Assembly: GCA_030619765.1 (NCBI GenBank)
Contig: JAUXAU010000004.1
Location: 5,717-69,716 of the forward strand
From: Thermoplasmatota archaeon
GTDB lineage: Archaea > Thermoplasmatota > E2 > DHVEG-1
Reading direction: 5' to 3'
DNA length: 64,000 bases
Shown: positions 33,288 through 44,583 of the stretch, piece after piece
Numbering within the stretch: the stretch's first letter is position 1
How the letters are laid out: each line of letters starts with the position of its first letter
Program-made: the position numbers and the translations under genes
Notes under the pieces: generated by a model
Seen by the model: the letters and a program-made list of their open reading frames with translations, nothing else
What the model was told of the DNA's origin: nothing
The model's database searches: none

Positions 33288-33959
33288 TTATATTCGCTTA
33301 AAGCCTCTTTGAAAAAATTGTTTAAGTGATTTAAGCATACGGTCACGTCTATAGTCAAGGGGCATGACAATTCCCTCACCCCATGTTTTTTTCTTGTTTA
33401 TTTCTGAAAGAACAGTATCAATAGTCATGTCAGTTGAATCTACAATTGTGTAAGCATATCCCACATACAACAGATCATGTGAGTCACTGCCTCCAGTACC
33501 GCCAAGATCGAATTCTTTTGCTACCTGTGCTGTTTTTATATTGGTCTTTGGAAGGCTACAGCTATTATATACTTCAATTGCTGGTATTTTTGTATAATTT
33601 TTTTTAAGTTTTTCCTTTTTGATTCCTGACATATTTCTAAAAAGATGGGGAGCTACCGCTATTCCACCTACATCAATAATTTTTTCAATAGTCTCCTCAA
33701 CAGAGAGACCTCTAGGAATATCTTCTTTTACATTTAAGCCAATCATATGTCCGTCTGCAGTTGATATTTCTGTGCCTGGAATAACGATGAAATCTTTAGG
33801 TGCAATTTTCAACGCTTTAAGGCCACCTTCAACAGTATTATGATCAGTAATAGCCATTCCATGTAGTCCTTCCTTCTTTAGTGATTTAATTATATCTCGA
33901 GGACTTCCTATGGCATCATCTGAATATTGTGAATGAATATGTAAATCCAATTTTAACAT
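33288..33959 (-). CDS. PHP-domain metal-dependent phosphoesterase
   Basis: 'LDLHIHSQYSDD...GMAITDHN'. Confidence 0.65.
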   Translation of the reverse strand: MLKLDLHIHSQYSDDAIGSPRDIIKSLKKEGLHGMAITDHNTVEGGLKALKIAPKDFIVIPGTEISTADGHMIGLNVKEDIPRGLSVEETIEKIIDVGGIAVAPHLFRNMSGIKKEKLKKNYTKIPAIEVYNSCSLPKTNIKTAQVAKEFDLGGTGGSDSHDLLYVGYAYTIVDSTDMTIDTVLSEINKKKTWGEGIVMPLDYRRDRMLKSLKQFFQRGFKRI

Positions 33960-34056
33960 GGTTTAAACGCTCGGTTGCAATTGGTAGATAGATTCTGTAT
34001 TAGAAATTTACGGTTAATAAATCGTAGTATAGTTTGATATCATTCTAAAAAAGCCA

Positions 34057-34560
34057 TTATACTGTAAAAACAGCAATCCACACAATAATGTTTATCAATA
34101 ACGCAATAAGACCCATACGAAGACTATTAATCCAACTTAATTTGAGTAAATACTTAGAAACAAGCACAAAGGATAGGAAAATAAATAGCAAAGCGATCAA
34201 TAACCCTCCAATCCATGCACCTAGAATCAATTCGGAGATTAAGCCTACCAAGCTAATTATAAATACTGACATAAGTAACGTCGTTTTAGAAAAATCAAAT
34301 ACATTTTTGATTGTGACTAGATTACAGCGATGTAACAGATATATTCCGCCATATATGATTAAAATATTTATAAAAAAATCCATAATGAATACAATTGCAA
34401 TCCACGCAATATTTAAACTACTCACACCAATCGAGCCATAATAAACTGGTTCAGGATCTGGATAAATTGGGATTGGATTTCCTGCAGACATTGTTACAAA
34501 AAAAATTGGTAAAAATAGAATTAACGAAACTGATAAAGCAAATCTAGTGTAATCTTTCAT
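34057..34560 (-). CDS. integral membrane protein
   Basis: Hydrophobic throughout. Confidence 0.4.
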   Translation of the reverse strand: MKDYTRFALSVSLILFLPIFFVTMSAGNPIPIYPDPEPVYYGSIGVSSLNIAWIAIVFIMDFFINILIIYGGIYLLHRCNLVTIKNVFDFSKTTLLMSVFIISLVGLISELILGAWIGGLLIALLFIFLSFVLVSKYLLKLSWINSLRMGLIALLINIIVWIAVFTV

Positions 34561-34906
34561 ATTTTGTTAAACGAAGTTCATTATATAAAATATGAGGTAA
34601 TTTGCAAAGTAAAATGGTTTGATCTCTAAAAAATAAAAAAGAAAGTGTTATATAATGGAATTTTATTGCACCGCTTGGGAGAGGCGAATTATGTTAAACA
34701 ATAAAAACAGGCATCTTAATAACCATTATTTTGGTGAATTAGAACTAGTAGATAAAGAGTTGTTTTTTATTTCAGCAAATAGACGTGATAATTAGCACAT
34801 ATTACTGTTTTAAAATCACAGTAAAAACCTATTTGAATAACAAAATGATGCTGTCAACCTTTATAATACAAAAGATAAAAAATATATTTTAGCTTATGGA
34901 ATTTTA

Positions 34907-35473
34907 ATGATCAAAGAAAATCTAACCATCATTCCCTTTCAAACATTTTTTGTTTCAAGAGAGATAAGCAACTGTCCTTTAATTGCAGATATCATAAAAT
35001 TGAGCAAAAAGATAGATGAGTTGGGGATAACAGACAATAAGGATTATAGCATAAGTCTTGCTTATGGTAAACGGATACTGATTAATGCTAAAAACGTAAG
35101 CATCGAAAGTATGAATCAGCAAGACATCATAGAAATCGTGGATTATGACCCTGTGAAAAACATTATTTTGGCAATAGGGAAAAAAGATCCATGCATTGAA
35201 ACGCCAGTTCATTGGCTTATACATCATGCAAGAGATGATGTGAACGCAATTATCCAGCTCAACGGGGAAAAAGTTGCGAAAAGGTTATCAAAAAATCTAC
35301 CCATTACTGAAAAAGAATGTCCATCTGGCACTCTTGAACTAGCAAAGGAAGTTTTAAAAACACTTAGAGCTAGTAAAAAAATCGTGATTAAAAACAGAGG
35401 GGGATTATTCGTAGGTATCAGTCTAAAAGAAGCCGAAGATCTGGTTTTAAAGACATATGGGGAATCCAAATGA
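34907..35473 (+). CDS. class II aldolase/adducin-like domain protein
   Basis: 'KDPCIETPVHWLIHHARDDVNAIIQLN' resembles the class II aldolase core; overlaps the next gene by 4 nt. Confidence 0.4.
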   Translation: MIKENLTIIPFQTFFVSREISNCPLIADIIKLSKKIDELGITDNKDYSISLAYGKRILINAKNVSIESMNQQDIIEIVDYDPVKNIILAIGKKDPCIETPVHWLIHHARDDVNAIIQLNGEKVAKRLSKNLPITEKECPSGTLELAKEVLKTLRASKKIVIKNRGGLFVGISLKEAEDLVLKTYGESK

Positions 35474-36435
35474 AAGTTGAAGGAAAAGAATACAGATCTC
35501 TTTGGGTTGAAAAAAACCTTATTAAGTTCATAGATCAGAGAAAATTACCATATTTATTCGAGATTTTTACGGCAAAAACTGTAGATGATATTACATTTGC
35601 TATAAAGAACATGATAGTGCGTGGTGCCCCAGCAATTGGAGTTGCAGCTGCATATGGCATGGCTCTTTCAAAAAAAGATTTAAAAAAATCAGCAGAAAAA
35701 TTGAGAGCTACACGTCCAACTGCATATGATCTCTTTTATGCTATAGAATACATGATCGATAAAATAAACAATGGAGAGAATAGATTTGATGCTGCATCAA
35801 AATATGTTGAGGATATCATAGAGCAGTGTAAAAAAATTGGAGAGAATGGAGAAAAATTGATCAAAGATGACATGAAAATTCTTACTCATTGTAATGCCGG
35901 CGCTCTTGCAACAGTGGATTATGGCACGGCACTTGCACCCTTAAGATTGGCGCACAGAAATGGAAAAAAATTTTTTGTATACGTAGATGAAACAAGACCT
36001 CGCCTCCAAGGGTTGTTGACAGCTTGGGAACTGAAACATGAATGTATTAAACATGTAATTATCGCTGACAATGCTGCAGGTTATTTCATGAAGAATAAGG
36101 ATATTGACATGGTTATCACAGGTGCAGACAGAATTGCAAAAAATGGTGATTTTGCAAATAAAATTGGAACGTATGAAAAAGCAGTATTGGCTAAGGAGAA
36201 TAATATTCCTTTTTATGTTGCAGCTCCAAAGAGTACGTTTGATAATACCATTAAGGATGGCAGTCATATAATTATTGAAGAACGGGGGAAAAGCGAATTA
36301 TCAGAGATCAATGGAAAAACGATTATGCCAGAATGGGCATCTGTTAAGAATCCTGCTTTTGATGTTACACCTGCAGAGTACGTAACTGGTTATATAACAG
36401 AAGAAGGAATAATTAAAGGTGATTTTTCTTACTAA
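35470..36435 (+). CDS. eIF-2B alpha/beta/delta family sugar-phosphate isomerase (MTR-1-P or R15P isomerase-like)
   Basis: 'RGAPAIGVAAAYG', 'THCNAGALATVDYGTAL', 'ITGADRIAKNGD' blocks. Confidence 0.75.
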   Translation: MKVEGKEYRSLWVEKNLIKFIDQRKLPYLFEIFTAKTVDDITFAIKNMIVRGAPAIGVAAAYGMALSKKDLKKSAEKLRATRPTAYDLFYAIEYMIDKINNGENRFDAASKYVEDIIEQCKKIGENGEKLIKDDMKILTHCNAGALATVDYGTALAPLRLAHRNGKKFFVYVDETRPRLQGLLTAWELKHECIKHVIIADNAAGYFMKNKDIDMVITGADRIAKNGDFANKIGTYEKAVLAKENNIPFYVAAPKSTFDNTIKDGSHIIIEERGKSELSEINGKTIMPEWASVKNPAFDVTPAEYVTGYITEEGIIKGDFSY

Positions 36436-36954
36436 TGATTTAATCTATACATAACATTAGATTTAGTAGTACAATAGAAGAGTAATGAAAGTTTGATCAA
36501 TGGTTTCGGTCACCCCTATTTTACTAATATAAATGAAGAAAAGGTTTTTTTATCAAAAACATCGAGGGTTAATGATGATCACATGGAAATATATAATAAA
36601 AGGCGATGCAGGAACAATTATAACGAAAGATCATAGATATGCAGAAGAGAAAAGCAGATTAGGATATCGTGTATTTTGTAAGCGGGAAAAAAATATCTAC
36701 AAGTGTTATCATTGATAGTTTTCGACATTAAAGAAAAATTGTAAGGTTAGAATGCCGTAAGTCCCAATTATACTTTATTTGCTGTTTGATATGGATTGAA
36801 TGGTGGATTGCCATAAAGTGTAAACTCATGTAAACCAACAGCTGTTAGTTTCATTTTTTACTCCAAAACAGCAAAAATATTACGATAATTACAACAATTA
36901 CTATTACAATAATGAGTAAAAGACATAAAACATACTATGTAATTACAGAGACGT

Positions 36955-37311
36955 ATGATCAATATGAAAAATAATATTCAGACTATCAGAGAATACAGAG
37001 AAAAAATGAATGAGATTATTCTAAACGCCGATAATAAAAACATAAAGAGATTTTTTGCAATTGATAGTAATGTCTACGAAGAGGGAGCATTAGATAAGAA
37101 AACGAAAGAATTGATAGGGCTTGTGGCCTCAACAGTATTACGATGTAATGACTGTATCTTTTATCATCTAGATCAATGTATAAAAGAAAAAGTTACGCCA
37201 GATGAACTTTATGAATCATTGAGTATTGCATTAATTGTTGGAGGTTCAATAACCATCCCCCATATAAGATATATATTTGAGTTATTAGAGGGGATGTCAT
37301 TTGGAAAATAG
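36955..37311 (+). CDS. carboxymuconolactone decarboxylase/AhpD-like family protein
   Basis: 'RCNDCIFYH' CxxC-H motif. Confidence 0.5.
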   Translation: MINMKNNIQTIREYREKMNEIILNADNKNIKRFFAIDSNVYEEGALDKKTKELIGLVASTVLRCNDCIFYHLDQCIKEKVTPDELYESLSIALIVGGSITIPHIRYIFELLEGMSFGK

Positions 37312-37704
37312 TTATTTTTTTAGATGAAAAACATACAATGTGGGAATTCTTTTTTTCTTGCCGGTCCAATATCCGCAGTTAGAACATCTAAACTCGATAG
37401 TAACTTCTCCACCCCAGATAGTAAGATTCTTTACTCTTTGTAATGAGTTACTACAAACAGGACATCTGGCAAGTATTTTGTGAGGATCTCCCTCTCTGCT
37501 ATGAATTTCTATACTTACTAAATCACTTTTTAGAACGATGTTACGTAACCTACGTTCACTAACATGAAATTGTTTTTTCTTAGTTTTTAATTCTTTTTCT
37601 ACAAGTTCTTTTAACTTACGTTGTGAAGAAACGGTGCGATATTTTTTAAAAACCTTTTTAGCGGATTTTCTGACTTTTTCGTCTGAAGGAATATGGTAGG
37701 CCAT
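37312..37704 (-). CDS. basic protein with a C-terminal zinc ribbon
   Basis: 'CPVCSNS...CSNCGY'. Confidence 0.35.
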   Translation of the reverse strand: MAYHIPSDEKVRKSAKKVFKKYRTVSSQRKLKELVEKELKTKKKQFHVSERRLRNIVLKSDLVSIEIHSREGDPHKILARCPVCSNSLQRVKNLTIWGGEVTIEFRCSNCGYWTGKKKRIPTLYVFHLKK

Positions 37705-37739
37705 AATATAGTAGAATTGTCTTGATTACTTATAATCTT

Positions 37740-38537
37740 TTATAAAGATACTGTCTTCAAAAGGTCGGTTCTGGTAACAATTCCAACAAGAACATTATCT
37801 TTTATCACAGGTAGAGCCCCAACATTATGCTTGGTCATAAGTTTTGCTGCATCAACAGCAGTTACTGATTGTGTTGTCCAAACTACAGGAATCTTCATAA
37901 CATCCTTTACTAACAATTCATCAAGTCGATGTTTCTGATGTCCTAAAGAAAAAGATTTTTTTAATGAAGCAAATGCAAAAACAACTTCAGCATCAGATAT
38001 AATACCAACAAGTTTTCCCTGGTTTAGAACAGGTAGGCGTGCAACATTTTCATTTATCATAACCCTTCTAGCATGTACTACTCTATCATCTGCCGATACA
38101 GAAAAAACATTTCTCTGCATCAGATCACCTAGAGTTTTTTTACTATCAACGAGATGCAAAAGATCGGCCTTCGTGATAACTCCTACAAGCTTATCTTTAT
38201 CTACAACCGGAAGTATAGTTGGTCCAGGCTGACCGACCATTTTTAAAATCTCTTTAACATCAGTACTCGGAGAAATTGTAACGATTTCTTTTTCAGTAAC
38301 TGATGAGGCATGTAATCTAGAAGTAGAAATGCCTCTTTTTCTTATTGATCCCAATTTATATGCTATGACATTGTCAGTTATAATGCCAAAAAGTTTTTTA
38401 TCTTCTACAACAGGAATTTTTGTAATATCATGTTTCTTCATAAGGTCAAGAATGTACTTTAAATCCTGGTCTTTATCAACATAAATAACGTCTTTTGTCA
38501 TTATCTCTTTTACTTTCATTATTTCATCCCTTATCAA
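37740..38537 (-). CDS. CBS-domain protein (four CBS repeats)
   Basis: Repeated 'VMTKD/ITVSP...LPVV' CBS patterns. Confidence 0.7.
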   Translation of the reverse strand: MIRDEIMKVKEIMTKDVIYVDKDQDLKYILDLMKKHDITKIPVVEDKKLFGIITDNVIAYKLGSIRKRGISTSRLHASSVTEKEIVTISPSTDVKEILKMVGQPGPTILPVVDKDKLVGVITKADLLHLVDSKKTLGDLMQRNVFSVSADDRVVHARRVMINENVARLPVLNQGKLVGIISDAEVVFAFASLKKSFSLGHQKHRLDELLVKDVMKIPVVWTTQSVTAVDAAKLMTKHNVGALPVIKDNVLVGIVTRTDLLKTVSL

Positions 38538-38546
38538 TCAAAAATA

Positions 38547-39101
38547 TTATTGATATTTTAATGCATCCATGCAATTCTCACATAACAAACGTCCGTCAAC
38601 ATTTTTTAGGTTGGTAGACAGTGAACTACAATCTTCACATTTACCAGAAAAGATCTGAGCTCTAAGATGAGATTCATCTTTCTTGGCTATATTATACCAC
38701 TCTCTAGCTATCTCATTTAATATGGGAGAAATTCGTGTTATATCTTTATGGGTTATTATACCAATTAATTCGCCGTTTTCAACTACAGGTAGCCTTCTAA
38801 TATTACATTTACCCATTGTTTTCATAGCTTCTTCAACTGGGATATATGGGTCAGTCACTATAATCGGCGTGCTCATGATCTCTTTCACCAGTATCTCATT
38901 TGCATTCTTTCCTTCAGCTACAATCTTCTTTAAAATATCACTTTCTGTTAATATGCCAGTAGGCTGTTTTTTTTCTACAACTATTACGTTTCCGATTTTT
39001 TTTTCTCTCATAAGTTTAGCTGCTTCTAAAACTGTAATTGTAGGTTTTACTATAACAGGATTACTTTTCATCGCTTCCTTTACAATGACTTCCTTCTTCA
39101 T
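38547..39101 (-). CDS. CBS-pair protein with a C-terminal zinc ribbon
   Basis: Two CBS repeats plus 'CEDCSS...CENC'. Confidence 0.65.
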   Translation of the reverse strand: MKKEVIVKEAMKSNPVIVKPTITVLEAAKLMREKKIGNVIVVEKKQPTGILTESDILKKIVAEGKNANEILVKEIMSTPIIVTDPYIPVEEAMKTMGKCNIRRLPVVENGELIGIITHKDITRISPILNEIAREWYNIAKKDESHLRAQIFSGKCEDCSSLSTNLKNVDGRLLCENCMDALKYQ

Positions 39102-39308
39102 TTGATAGTCACCTTATAATCACTTTAAACTCAGAGTAAAGAACTACTAGCCCAAACATTAAAAGATTTCCAAGTATTTTACCTTTTTCGTATGATTGAT
39201 AATTGTGAACAAAGATTTAAAAGTATACCAGAAGGAGAAGAAGAAACTCTTTCAAAGACGAATACATCTTATTCTGTCATATGTGTGGATTTGGATTAAC
39301 TGTAAAAG

Positions 39309-39761
39309 GTGAAAATGAGCATGGTGACATTTGTAATTAAAGGGATTCCAAAGGTAAAGAAAAGACCTGTGTTTTCTACTCAAGGTGGAAAGGTCAGAAC
39401 ATACACTCCAAAAATAACAGCAACGTATGAGAACTTAGTAAAACTCAAAGCAGAAGAACAATTTAAACATCCACTCGACGGTTCGATTAGTTTGGCTATA
39501 CGATTCTATCTCCCAAGACCAAAACGATTAATCTGGAAGCGAAGACCCATGCCCGAAGTTTATTCGGACAAAAGACCTGATATAGATAATCTTGCAAAAG
39601 CAGTAATTGATGGATTGAATGGCGTTGCCTTTAGAGACGATGGACAAATAGCAGAGTTACATATTACAAAAAAATTTCACGCGGGGGATGACGAACCAAA
39701 AACAATAGTTATAGTTAATAACGTCAAAGAAGGTTCCAATCAATCAACACTAGAAAGTTAA
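39309..39761 (+). CDS. RusA-family Holliday junction resolvase
   Basis: 'KGIPKVKKRP...KRPDIDNLAKAVIDGLNGVAFRDDGQIAELHITKKF' matches the RusA signature. Confidence 0.6.
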   Translation: MKMSMVTFVIKGIPKVKKRPVFSTQGGKVRTYTPKITATYENLVKLKAEEQFKHPLDGSISLAIRFYLPRPKRLIWKRRPMPEVYSDKRPDIDNLAKAVIDGLNGVAFRDDGQIAELHITKKFHAGDDEPKTIVIVNNVKEGSNQSTLES

Positions 39762-39833
39762 AGTCATCTTGGATAATACGAAATCTTTTTAGAATAAGAT
39801 ATCGTATGAACCAACCACAATCTTTTTAGTAAG

Positions 39834-40301
39834 TTGTATATTACTACTCCTTTGATTACAATGAAAAAATTACTGATTGCCTATGATGGCTCAGAGGCTT
39901 CAACAAAAGCTATTGATATGGCACTAAAATGTTCTAATAAAGAAGACGAAGTAATACTTCTTACAGTGATACCTGCTGCACTGGTCGAATCGGCTTTTAC
40001 GGACATGCTGCTTCCAACGATTGATCTAAGCTCTGTAGTAAGATCAGGTAGTTTTAAAGAAAAAGCCGTGGAGAATATGAACAAAGTTGCAAAAGAGATG
40101 GAAGGTAAAATAGATAAAGTAGATATTGTCGTGGAATCAGGCGATGCTGCAGATGAGATACTTCTGACTTCAAAAAAACATGAAGTTGATATTATAATCA
40201 TTGGATACAAAGGATATGGAAAAGAAGGGAGATTTCTACTTGGCAGTGTTACCGATAAAGTGGTAAGACATGCAAGCAGATCTGTTCTGGTTGTAAGATA
40301 A
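39834..40301 (+). CDS. universal stress protein UspA family
   Basis: 'KKLLIAYDGSEAS...ILLTSKKHEVDIIIIG...GSVTDKVVRHASRSVLVV'. Confidence 0.7.
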   Translation: MYITTPLITMKKLLIAYDGSEASTKAIDMALKCSNKEDEVILLTVIPAALVESAFTDMLLPTIDLSSVVRSGSFKEKAVENMNKVAKEMEGKIDKVDIVVESGDAADEILLTSKKHEVDIIIIGYKGYGKEGRFLLGSVTDKVVRHASRSVLVVR

Positions 40302-40315
40302 AAAATTGTGATTAA

Positions 40316-41512
40316 ATGCATCCTGCTGACGAGATACGCGGGATTAAAAGCAAGAAGCTTTCTAAAAAGAAGATTGTTCTTGGTGTAACCGGAAGTATAG
40401 CAGCTATTGAATCAATTAAATTATCACGAGAATTGATTCGTCATGGTGCAGATGTTTACCCTGTTATGACAAAAGCAGCAACAAGAATTATTCATCCCGA
40501 TTCTTTAGAATTTGCCACTTCCCATAAACCAATTATTGAATTAACTGGAAAAACAGAGCATGTTTCATTTTGTGGCCTTACGAAAGACCGCGTAGATCTG
40601 TTGCTAATTTCTCCCTGTACTGCTAATACCATCTCAAAGATTGCACTTGGTATTGATGACACACCAGTGACAACTTTCGCAACTACAGCGATTGGATCAG
40701 GTGTAACAATAGCAATTGTGCCTGCCATGCACCTTTCTATGTATAAACATAAAATCATACAAGAAAACATCGATAAATGCAAAAGAATGGGCATATCTTT
40801 TATTGACCCTGTTATTCAAGCAAACAAAGCCAAGATGCTTGGTGTGGATAAAATAGTTGAACATACAATAAGAGTGATTGGAAAACAGGATTTAGGGAAA
40901 AAAAATATTCTAATTATTGGTGGGGCTACTGCCGAAGCTATAGACGATATAAGGATACTTACAAATAGAAGCTCGGGTAAAACTGCTGTTGCTCTTGCAA
41001 ATAACGCGTTTGAGCGAGGTGCAAATGTTGAGTTATGGTATGGACATGCAAAAGAGGTTGTTCCTTCATATATACCTGTTAAAAACTTTGAAACAGTTGA
41101 AGATTTATTGAATTTATTGAAGAATAATGACATAAAATTTGACATAATCATCGTCTGCGCAGCAATTGCAAATTATCTTCCAAAAAAACAAAAAGGGAAG
41201 ATTCCCTCTGGAAAAAACAAGCTTGATTTAGAGCTTTCTCCTGCACCAAAAATTATTCAAAAAATTAGATTAATTGCATCGAAATCCAAAATTATTGCTT
41301 TTAAAGTGGAAGAAAACAAGAAAAATTTGAAAGAAAAATCATATCAATTACTAAAGAAAAATCAACTTGATTTTGTTATTGCCAACACTGTTTCTGCTTT
41401 TGGTAAAGATGAAAATGAGATTTTGATTATTGATAAAAAAGGCGAGAGTGTTCTTAGAAAAGGGAAGAAAGAAGAACTTGCTGATTATATTCTAGATATT
41501 ATCAATCAATAG
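40316..41512 (+). CDS. coaBC: bifunctional phosphopantothenoylcysteine decarboxylase/synthetase
   Basis: Flavoprotein 'VLGVTGSIAA' N-half plus CoaB C-half ('IIGGATAEAIDDIRILTNRSSGK'). Confidence 0.8.
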   Translation: MHPADEIRGIKSKKLSKKKIVLGVTGSIAAIESIKLSRELIRHGADVYPVMTKAATRIIHPDSLEFATSHKPIIELTGKTEHVSFCGLTKDRVDLLLISPCTANTISKIALGIDDTPVTTFATTAIGSGVTIAIVPAMHLSMYKHKIIQENIDKCKRMGISFIDPVIQANKAKMLGVDKIVEHTIRVIGKQDLGKKNILIIGGATAEAIDDIRILTNRSSGKTAVALANNAFERGANVELWYGHAKEVVPSYIPVKNFETVEDLLNLLKNNDIKFDIIIVCAAIANYLPKKQKGKIPSGKNKLDLELSPAPKIIQKIRLIASKSKIIAFKVEENKKNLKEKSYQLLKKNQLDFVIANTVSAFGKDENEILIIDKKGESVLRKGKKEELADYILDIINQ

Positions 41513-41565
41513 AATATATAATCAACAACTATATATACTGATAATACATTCTTTTTAATGATAAT

Positions 41566-42681
41566 ATGACAGAAGGAAACGAAAAGAAAATACAAGATTA
41601 TTGTGAATATAGGCTTGATGAGGAGAGAGTGGAAGAGACCACAGTTAAACTCAACCGCCATATTTTAACTAAATTTGCAGAGACATTGGATAAACCCTTC
41701 AAAAAAGCTACTCACAAGGACATAAGGAAATTCTTAAATTCCTATGCAGATAGAACAAAAGATTTGTACATTATAGTTCTGCGGAGGTTTTATCGTTGGC
41801 TATTTAAAAGCGATGAGCTACCAGAATGCATCAAAGGCTTTAAATTGCAGAGTAAGAGGTCAAGGGCACAACAGGATAATGACATAACACGAAAGGAACG
41901 CATAGTTACTCCAGAAGAGTATGAAAAACTGCAATCTGTTACAAAAAATCCACAGTTTAAGGCAATTTTTGAAACATTATATCTATTCGGTTGTAGAATC
42001 TCCGAGCTTACGAGTATGAAAGCTACAGGTGTTGATGACGATGGAGAAATTGTAACGATAGACCTTAGAGACTCCAAGACAAAGCCCAGAGTGACAGGAA
42101 TTAATGTGCGTCCTAAGTATCTGCTTGACTGGTACAACACATATCAACCATACAAAGGTCAGAAAGACAAGCCGTTGTGGGTATCTAAGAAAGGCACACT
42201 TATAAATAAGGGAGTTGTCAACAGCGAATTAATGAGATTTAGCGATAAAGCAGAGATCGGCAGGAATATCTCCCCACACGACTTCCGACATACAGCAATC
42301 ACTAGAGCATTAGACAAGGGAATGCCGACAACGCATGTGGAAGAACTATATGGTTTTGAAACAGGCTCTGCTGTAATTTCTGTTTATGATCATAATGACC
42401 AAAAAAGTGCAATGCAGTATCTTAGAAGAGCACAGGTTAAGCAAAGACCTCCGAGCTACAAGGAATTAAAAAAGAAAGCAGACTTAATCGAAATACTGGA
42501 ACAAAAAGTAGCAACATTGACAGAGCAAGTGGATAAAATGACGAAGCATGAGACAGATGTCCAAAGTAAAACACTGATTCTCAAACCAGAAGATCATCAG
42601 GAGCTGCGGCTTTACCTCGACACTAAATCTTGGTTTAAAGAGGCAATCAAAGAAGCCGATAAAGCCGATCAAAAAAAGTGA
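41566..42681 (+). CDS. tyrosine-type site-specific recombinase/integrase
   Basis: 'RISELTSM', 'HDFRHTAITRAL', 'HVEELYGF' (R..H..R..Y catalytic tetrad order). Confidence 0.75.
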   Translation: MTEGNEKKIQDYCEYRLDEERVEETTVKLNRHILTKFAETLDKPFKKATHKDIRKFLNSYADRTKDLYIIVLRRFYRWLFKSDELPECIKGFKLQSKRSRAQQDNDITRKERIVTPEEYEKLQSVTKNPQFKAIFETLYLFGCRISELTSMKATGVDDDGEIVTIDLRDSKTKPRVTGINVRPKYLLDWYNTYQPYKGQKDKPLWVSKKGTLINKGVVNSELMRFSDKAEIGRNISPHDFRHTAITRALDKGMPTTHVEELYGFETGSAVISVYDHNDQKSAMQYLRRAQVKQRPPSYKELKKKADLIEILEQKVATLTEQVDKMTKHETDVQSKTLILKPEDHQELRLYLDTKSWFKEAIKEADKADQKK

Positions 42682-42876
42682 TAAGATATGAATATTCAAA
42701 ATGTCTATTCTTTTTTTGTCTAAAAATGAGTACATTAACATTAGCTTATTATAAGGAGCAGGAGAAAAAGCATAATGTCCAAAAAGAGGGGAACCCCATG
42801 CTAACCTGTATCAAAGTCTTTATAAACCTATAATCATTACATTTCTTTAAATAATCAACAGGAGAAAAGGGATTAT

Positions 42877-43281
42877 ATGATTTACACAATTGGATATACC
42901 TCACTGGGCTTTAGGATATATCAAATAATCCCCAAACTTAGGCAAATAGCAGATGAAAAACGAGCAACAATTGTTGATATTCGGTCAAGACCATACGGTT
43001 TGGTAAATCTAAATCAACTAAAGAGGGAACTGGGCGCAAGGTATGTTTGGGTTCAGGAATTGGGTTTTCCGCAATATAAAGAGAATGCAGAGCGGGTAAA
43101 CCTTCCTTATAATAACATAATACTCATGTGTGCTGAAAAGGACTATAAATGCTGTCATAGGGCTGATGTAGCTAAAATATTAAGAAACATTCGCAATGAT
43201 AATGAGGTTATAGTTCATCTTAATAGTGCGGAGGTCGATGGAAATACAAATAATCAAAAGAAGTTGGCTTTGGGTTGTTGA
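42877..43281 (+). CDS. DUF488-family protein
   Basis: 'MIYTIGYTS' start typical of DUF488. Confidence 0.5.
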   Translation: MIYTIGYTSLGFRIYQIIPKLRQIADEKRATIVDIRSRPYGLVNLNQLKRELGARYVWVQELGFPQYKENAERVNLPYNNIILMCAEKDYKCCHRADVAKILRNIRNDNEVIVHLNSAEVDGNTNNQKKLALGC

Positions 43282-43947
43282 CACTTATCCTGTTGAACAG
43301 GGGCTTTGCACCTAAAGTCCATTTTGCACCTAAAGTCGAAATTTACAGGAGTGGTGTTTTACAAGAAGAATTTAAGATAAAGCTGATTATAGAATATTCA
43401 AATTTAATGGAATATTTTTATGAATAATTTTTTTGAAGATTTTGTTTTTCAATTAATCTTCATCTATGCCGTTAATGAATTCGAGGACTGTGTCGATGCT
43501 TTCGCTTATCTGTTCTGCGACTTCATCCTCAATTTCATCCAAACACAAATGCATTCACCTCCTGTAATATCATTCTTTTATTTATATAGCGGTGGGTCTA
43601 CCGCTCAAAAGAATTTACAATAAGTCTATCCCTCACTGTTCTCATTGAAAATTCTCTTTAAAAATAATAATATGATCAACTTATATATAAACTTTATTTT
43701 TATTAATAGTGAAAATAAATCTATTGTTTTATGTCTACTCTTAAAAAACGAATAAATTGAATCAAGCTCAGCAACCCAATAATAAGTGTTATCCCACCTT
43801 CTATCTGGTATCCTCTGACTATGAGTCCTATTCCTCCAAATGTAAAGAATCCAGCAATAGCACCTAAGATATATGTTAAAGGTCTCATATATGAGATAGA
43901 CAAATGGCTAAATACTAGATAAAAGATTTGACAATAGAGGAATATGT

Positions 43948-44517
43948 ATGGAACCCAAAGAAGTTGTTAGATATTTAACATCACTAATTGAAACAAGAAA
44001 GGAAATTTTTAAAATTGCCTATTGTAGGGGAAAGGATAAAGGAAAAAGAATAGAATCCTGGATTAACACAGAAATGTTGGCAAAACTGTTGGAATTAAAA
44101 GAAAAAAATGAAGTTGAAGAAGTTGAGGGGGAACATGTATATCATATTCCAAAGGGAACATCCCCAAGAAGAAGCTATGAGCATTGCGATTTATGGTGGT
44201 TCATTAATAATGAAGAACACTGGTTAGAAGTAAAAACCCTTGTATTCCACCGCAATTCTGATGGGTTAAAAGATAAATATAAAAAAAGAATCAAAAAGGA
44301 TTTGAATAAAGTTGATAGATTGAGACCACCATATAATTTCTATCACCTATTGATGATTTTTGATGATGAATATTACTATACGGGTGAATGGATGGAAGAT
44401 GTATATGCTATTTATCAAGATTACAAAATGAAGAAAGAAGATAAATGGAAATTTGATGTAAATCAAAGAAAAACAGTTTATGCATTTTTGCATTATAAAT
44501 CGGGAGATAATCAGTAA
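43948..44517 (+). CDS. hypothetical protein with a PD-(D/E)xK-like motif
   Basis: 'EHCDLWWF...EEHWLEVK' (D...ExK). Confidence 0.3.
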   Translation: MEPKEVVRYLTSLIETRKEIFKIAYCRGKDKGKRIESWINTEMLAKLLELKEKNEVEEVEGEHVYHIPKGTSPRRSYEHCDLWWFINNEEHWLEVKTLVFHRNSDGLKDKYKKRIKKDLNKVDRLRPPYNFYHLLMIFDDEYYYTGEWMEDVYAIYQDYKMKKEDKWKFDVNQRKTVYAFLHYKSGDNQ

Positions 44518-44583
44518 CGAATTGGATTTAAAAACTTGGTATCTTAAATAATAGATAAAAGATTTGAAAATGAGGGAGAAATT

